The position numbers were made by a program, and so were the translations under genes. The notes under the pieces were generated by a model, which worked only from the letters and a program-made list of their open reading frames with translations, searched no databases and had not been told where the DNA came from. DNA of 63,640 nucleotides, counting the filler, from Saprolegnia diclina VS20 (lineage: Eukaryota), in the NCBI RefSeq assembly GCF_000281045.1. It is 7 parts of 4 records of this genome, joined end to end, with 100 filler letters (N's around TTAATTAATTAA, not from the genome) between each part and the next. Parts side by side here need not be neighbours in the genome. Positions count along the whole stretch, not along the records: positions 52,708 to 59,550 come from NW_008246152.1; positions 59,651 to 60,964 come from NW_008246152.1; positions 61,065 to 62,538 come from NW_008246153.1; positions 62,639 to 63,640 come from NW_008246154.1; 3 more parts are not named here. One strand, given 5' to 3'. Positions 58,627 to 63,640 of this stretch are shown here, in pieces; the stretch's first letter is position 1, and each line of letters begins with the position of its first letter.

Positions 58627-59172
58627 CTAAGTTCTCTACCTTATTTACAGTCAGTCGCTCTTTGGCTCCATTGCGTCACAGACTAGAGTGTTTTGCAATA
58701 TGCATATCACCACCACCCCGATGACAATGTTGTCCTTGGGCAAATGTCATTTGAGTTTTTCTTCGCCACACGACCAAATCTGTAGAATGAACTAAGAAGG
58801 GTTCTTTCAGCGGTGCGTCGAGCCTAGTGGGCTTCCCAAGTGTTATTTTTCGAAGAGACATTGGATCGGACAACGAGGCTACCATGCGTTGTAGTTCTCA
58901 CGAGTAGCGATTTGATTAGAGAAGGGACAGTCGAGCAACGAGCACCCAACACGTTATTACGGGTCGCATTTTGAAGATTGTCACATAACTTCTGGTGAAT
59001 ATTGCAGGGTCGATGGTCCCTGTCGACGGACACCACTTTGTTCTCGATGCTTCGATCTAAGGAAAGCCTCATGAAAGAATCATTCCTTCGGCAGATAAGT
59101 CTTGAGGGCGATTTGTGAATGATGGTGCGAGTGCCCCCGACCGTTGTTGTAGGATTCACTACACAATCAACC

Positions 59173-59550
59173 ATGGACGAGACGCGCTTCACCTCGTTCG
59201 CTTCGGGCGACCTTGTCTACGCCCGGGCGCGACGGCTCCACTGCGCAACAACAGGCCGCACGACCAAGCGCTTCAGCAACAACGACCCTCTCGAAGCCTA
59301 CTACGCGGTCCTCCGCCGGGTGCCGCCCCCAGCTATCCCACCTTACATTCAACAGACGGCTCAGAATCTGCTCGCTCGCCTTGAAATGCGCCAAGTCTAT
59401 GTACCAAGTGCCCGCGACGTCGACGATCTCGAGGCACTGGGCTTGCCCTATGTCCCGGCCCTCGATGTTCTCCCGAGTGCTCATTGGGCGCATATTTTCG
59501 CCCGCGACAACGCGCGAGGTGCCATGGACCACGCGATCGCGGTGCGCGTG
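59173..59550 (+). CDS. Tandem family copy 5 (divergent, truncated by contig end)
   Basis: MDETRFTSFASGDLVYARARRLHCATTGRTTKRF...RDVDDLEALGLP. Confidence 0.75.
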
Positions 59551-59650
59551 NNNNNNNNNNNNNNNNNNNNNNNNNNNNNNNNNNNNNNNNNNNNTTAATT
59601 AATTAANNNNNNNNNNNNNNNNNNNNNNNNNNNNNNNNNNNNNNNNNNNN
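59551..59650. other. Artificial contig-joining linker
   Basis: N44-TTAATTAATTAA-N44. Confidence 0.97.
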
Positions 59651-60964
59651 GACACGTACAAGCACAAGATTCACGAAGACAGCGCGCGCCCGGTCCAGCC
59701 GCTCTACGGCCGCAAGGTCACGCTCTTCCAGTCCCCATAAGACCTCGTCGAGTCCCTGTCAACACGACTCTTTTCATTTTCGTTGTATATGACCTTGGAA
59801 AGCATCATGTGGTGGCATACTATGGCGCATTGGGTTTTGAACTCACACGGGTTGAACGCACCATCGGCGCGTCGAACGATTTGGATCGACACTTGACGGC
59901 AGCCGATGTACTCAAGCTCAACAGTTTTTCAAATGGAGCGCTCGATATACCATGTGGAAGACGATGCTTGAAGATAGGACGAGCCGCAAGAGCGAATCTT
60001 GTGCAAGGTAAAATTGAAAAACGCGTTAAGGACGTACATTTACAGTATGTTCTAGATAGTAGGCACAACAATGGACATACTAGTACTAGTATTGAACAAG
60101 ATTCTTGTCGCCACGACAACGGCAATCGAGCCGCGTCGCAACACACGCTTGCGCTGAGCTTGTGGGCTGGGTTGTCACGCGAGCCTTTAACCGTTCCTCG
60201 TCATGTGCCTTGCCGCACGGTGTGCCCTTACGATGCGGAAAGGCGTCCCCAAATCTCCGGATGCATCACCACAGAAGGGAGTCATAACCCCAAACGATCG
60301 ATTCACCGAGGCCAAAGCGCACAAGCGAACCCGAAGACAGGAAGTTTCAAGCTCACGTCCAACGAATGTATGCAGTCGAAGCAAGCGTACGTCCAAAAAT
60401 CACAAAATGCTCTTGATAAAACGAATCCTATCCGATCCAAAACGCTCGAAGCAATGGAGTGGTGCGACAGATCTTGTTGTACTTGGTTCGAATGGGTGTA
60501 CCTACAGGGGCAATGCGCACTCTTCAACACACGTAGCTGCAGAATCCGGGTCTTATTCATTGTCACAGGTATATAGGAGAAGTTGTTGAAATGAGTTATT
60601 AACATGCAATTATATAGTGAAGATGGTGGACTTCCTAGAGCGCTCGTGAGGTTTGGCCGGTACGTCAAGCTGGGGGCGCATGGTCAGGGCTCGGGATTGA
60701 GTTGGGAATGAGGTAGCGAGCACACCAAGGATCGGCGCGTAGGGCATGGAGCGACTCATCAAGCGAAGGCACCACGGCGCGGCGGGCCAAGTGCCGGATA
60801 TGCAATCGCGAGACAGTGGCGGCTTTGATCGCGAGCGCAGCAGCGGGAAGGGGCGTCAATGTCGTGCGAAACACGCGGTTGTTACGTTCAAGCCAAAGAC
60901 TGTACCAAACGCAAGCGCGCAGGATCGGCCAGAGGGCACGGATGGTCGGCTTGTGGGCTGAGAA

Positions 60965-61064
60965 NNNNNNNNNNNNNNNNNNNNNNNNNNNNNNNNNNNN
61001 NNNNNNNNTTAATTAATTAANNNNNNNNNNNNNNNNNNNNNNNNNNNNNNNNNNNNNNNNNNNN
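60965..61064. other. Artificial contig-joining linker
   Basis: N44-TTAATTAATTAA-N44. Confidence 0.97.
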
Positions 61065-61571
61065 CGCTTAGTGCGGTCGGCGGCCGGCTCCCGAGGCACC
61101 TTCACACTCGTCGACTTGCGTGGTTCCTGCTTCATCCGGGCCATTGCTTCTGCTGGCTGTGGCCAATCTTGAAATGAAAGCGATCTTCGGCCGCTCCCAT
61201 TCCCATCGAGCGAGCAAGCACCGGAAAATGATGTGTGAGAGGTAAAATATATAAATTTAAAGAGGCCTACGAAACTCAATCCATGGTTCCTTGGCCTAAC
61301 TTCAGGTCAATACTGCCGGTGGGCAATCTAGAACACAAAACGCTCTTGCCCCAGCACCACGAGTTGTTCCTACTCAACGTACGTCCATGTGCTGCGTAAA
61401 TCATGCTTGGTGGCGGCAGATCGCTTGATGCGTTTGCTGATTGGTTGATTATATCGAATATTTCGAGCGCTGATCGGCCCTCCCGTCTCATAAACCGTAA
61501 CCAAAAAGGAGGGGGATCGATCCATATGAATTGAAGTTGGGAGCTGATGCGTGCCGCATGAGCCGGTCACC

Positions 61572-62445
61572 CACGGTCGTTGACTTCGTCGCGTGACGTT
61601 GCCGGGACGCCCGTCGACGTGGCAACTGCAGCTCGAGTAGGATGGGACTCTGTTCAGCGCCAAGATTCCAGTCGTCTGGTCCGACCCTCAGGTCCGAGCC
61701 TTGGCGCTTCCTGGAGGCTCCAGATGATCTTGTCGTCGGTCGTGTCACGAAAGGATGAATCACCCGTTACAACAGGCGATATCACTTATTGTGTTAGCCA
61801 AATAGGGTTTCGGATAGGTCACGGTCATAATTGTTTGTGAAACGATTTCGAGCCATGTTGACGATTAGATTATACAACCGTCGGTGTCGGGTCCTGCTTG
61901 GCATAGTCGGTGACAGGATGTTCGGGCTCGGCCTCGGGCATGGCGAAAACCTCTTTGGGGCCGACCCAGAGGTTCTTGAGGAGACCGCGGCGCAACGTAA
62001 TGAGGCAGAGCACACCCACAGCACGAGGTACAAGAGCGCGGGCTGCCCCGACTGCATGAGGATGACGCCGACGTTGGCGAGAAGGAGGCCGGCCGCATAC
62101 CCAATGCACATGACACCAAAGAGGCCGATGCCGACGGTTGTATAATCTAATTGTCAACATGGCTCGAAATCGTTTCACAAACAATTATGACCGTGACCTA
62201 TCCGAAACCCTATTTGGCCAACCCACAATAAGTGATATCGCCTGTTGTAACGGGTGATTCATCCTTTCGTGACACGACCAACGACAAGATCATCTGGAGC
62301 CTCCAGGAAGCGCCAAGGCTCGGACCTGAGGGTCGGACCAGACGACTGGAATCTTGGCGCTGAACAGAGTCCCATCCTACTCGAGCTGCAGTTGCCACGT
62401 CGACGGGCATCGCGGCAACGTCACGCGACGAAGTCGACGACCGTG
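61572..62445. repeat. Long inverted repeat (arms 61572-61884 and 62131-62445) with 246-bp spacer
   Basis: The arms are reverse complements over ~315 bp with a few substitutions and indels. Near-identical ORF translations appear on opposite strands (MIHPFVTRPTT..., MFVKRFRAMLT...). Confidence 0.95.
61870..62135 (-). pseudogene. Frameshifted 3' fragment of a signal peptide peptidase(-like) gene
   Basis: GYAAGLLLANVGVILMQSGQPALLYLV contains the SPP/SPPL QPALLYL motif. A frameshift then leads to AVGVLCLITLRRGLLKNLW...PTVV*. Confidence 0.8.
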
Positions 62446-62538
62446 CCGAAGTATCTTTGTTTAAATAGCAGCCAATCACAGCGCAGTGCGACAAGCTGCA
62501 GTCTGCAGCGAGCGCCGTCATCAACCGCACCTTGCATC

Positions 62539-62638
62539 NNNNNNNNNNNNNNNNNNNNNNNNNNNNNNNNNNNNNNNNNNNNTTAATTAATTAANNNNNN
62601 NNNNNNNNNNNNNNNNNNNNNNNNNNNNNNNNNNNNNN
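62539..62638. other. Artificial contig-joining linker
   Basis: N44-TTAATTAATTAA-N44. Confidence 0.97.
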
Positions 62639-62652
62639 ACGACCGGTGCTAG

Positions 62653-63015
62653 AGCTACGGGCTCCGGGGCAACCGGTCGTCGGAGGCGCAGCGCCCGTGC
62701 AGCGTCCATGACGCAGGTCATTGTGCCGGCGCTCCCAACTTACCGATCAACTATACTGGCAACGGTCATGGCGGTCGTGGCGGCGGCCGTGGACGTGGTC
62801 GTGGTGGCCACGGTGGTCGCGGCGGTCGTGGTGGCCGCGGTGGTCAAGGCGGCAATGGTGGTCAAGGTGGCAATGGCAGTCGTAATGCTGCCGGTCCTCG
62901 CTGCTTCAATTGTCAAGGCTTCGGACACATTCGCGGTATGTGCAACGTCGCCGAGTTCCCGGCGTACCCCAAGATCAAGGGCACGCCCGTCCCGACGACC
63001 AAGCCGGCTTGCTGA
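62653..63015 (+). CDS. RGG-rich, CCHC zinc-knuckle coding fragment (gag-like or RNA-binding protein 3' end)
   Basis: Frame absent from the ORF track: GHGGRGGGRGRGRGGHGGRGG...GPRCFNCQGFGHIRGMC...KPAC*. No start codon is visible. Confidence 0.65.
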   Translation, partial: SYGLRGNRSSEAQRPCSVHDAGHCAGAPNLPINYTGNGHGGRGGGRGRGRGGHGGRGGRGGRGGQGGNGGQGGNGSRNAAGPRCFNCQGFGHIRGMCNVAEFPAYPKIKGTPVPTTKPAC

Positions 63016-63196
63016 GCCATGCGTCCAAGTTGTCGACACAGCACAATCACCACCGTGTTGACCATTCGTGTCGTATTCGCAGAGATACAATTTGTTTCTT
63101 CGTTACCTTGCGGTCTAGTGTTACTAGAGGTTTCAATGGCAAATATTGAGTTGATTGTACGAGGCAAATATATGAGCTGGGAGGGAACGATACCAA

Positions 63197-63640
63197 CTAC
63201 CAAGCAAACTCTTCCTTGTGAAAGTCAAAGCCATACTTTCGCGCGACGGTTTGCACTTCGCGCGTGAGCGGATCGGGACCGCACGCCAAAACGCACACCG
63301 ACTTGCCGACAAAGATCGTTCCGTTGATCAGTTCGTCCCACTTGGGGCGGCGGCCATTGTACGGTTGGTGCACCATCGACGCAGAAAGCACGCTGCCTTC
63401 AGTTGACGCCGTCGTCACATAAAAGCGATATACGAGCGACTCGGGCAGCGGGTACATGAATGTCTCGGCCATGAGCAGGTCGTTCGCGTCGCGCACCACC
63501 CAGTACAAGTGAAATACTGTCTTGCTTGGTCTGTGCCGAAACTGATTGATTGTGCTCAGCATCGGTGTAATACCGATGCCACCGGCAACGAGAACGACGA
63601 CTTGGTACGATGGGAGGTGCACCGACACGGTGCCGTACGG
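63197..63640 (-). CDS. Ferric reductase / NADPH oxidase family, C-terminal NAD(P)H-binding domain (5' part outside window)
   Basis: PYG...VVLVAGGIGITP, LYWVVR, ACGP, FHKEEF. Confidence 0.88.
   Translation of the reverse strand, partial: PYGTVSVHLPSYQVVVLVAGGIGITPMLSTINQFRHRPSKTVFHLYWVVRDANDLLMAETFMYPLPESLVYRFYVTTASTEGSVLSASMVHQPYNGRRPKWDELINGTIFVGKSVCVLACGPDPLTREVQTVARKYGFDFHKEEFAW

Noticed and set aside
53828..59550. Tandem array interpreted as CRISPR or LTR repeats
   Set aside because: The repeated units are protein-coding paralogues with synonymous variation; there is no repeat-spacer structure and no cas or pol genes.
59651..60964. 255-aa ORF 59809-60576 on a small contig
   Set aside because: GTG start, non-coding-like composition and no motifs.

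Overview
Eukaryotic DNA, most likely an oomycete of Saprolegniales type (Saprolegnia/Achlya-like). The inference rests on GC-rich, densely packed genes, ~35-55 nt GT-AG introns, flagellar genes and Saprolegniales-type multi-pass membrane families. The window is not contiguous: six identical 100-nt artificial linkers (N44-TTAATTAATTAA-N44) join seven contigs, and there are two real N gaps. Contig 1 (1-16953) holds a TA-flanked pogo/Tc1-type MITE, a decayed gene with ParB-like and OTU-protease-like motifs, a secreted EGF-repeat gene, a 3xPAN/Apple-tyrosinase fusion and a membrane protein. Contig 2 holds CDK7, a GCP4 with a lectin-like insertion, and TVP23. Contig 3 holds a hAT remnant and then a housekeeping/flagellar block: DNAI1, CFAP97-domain protein, Tctex1 light chain, small membrane protein, GLE1, CARM1, RPS27, possible FIRRM, RIB43A, ClpX, GDT1/TMEM165 and a 1,781-aa internally duplicated membrane protein. 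Contig 4 is a head-to-tail array of five paralogues of an unrecognised ~290-aa family sharing an upstream GAGTGATGGT motif. Contig 6 carries a ~315-bp inverted repeat enclosing a frameshifted signal-peptide-peptidase fragment. Contig 7 has an RGG/CCHC knuckle fragment and a ferric reductase/NOX 3' end. The best novelty candidates are the five-copy array, the ParB-OTU relic and the fold-back element. Exon boundaries were read by eye and are approximate.
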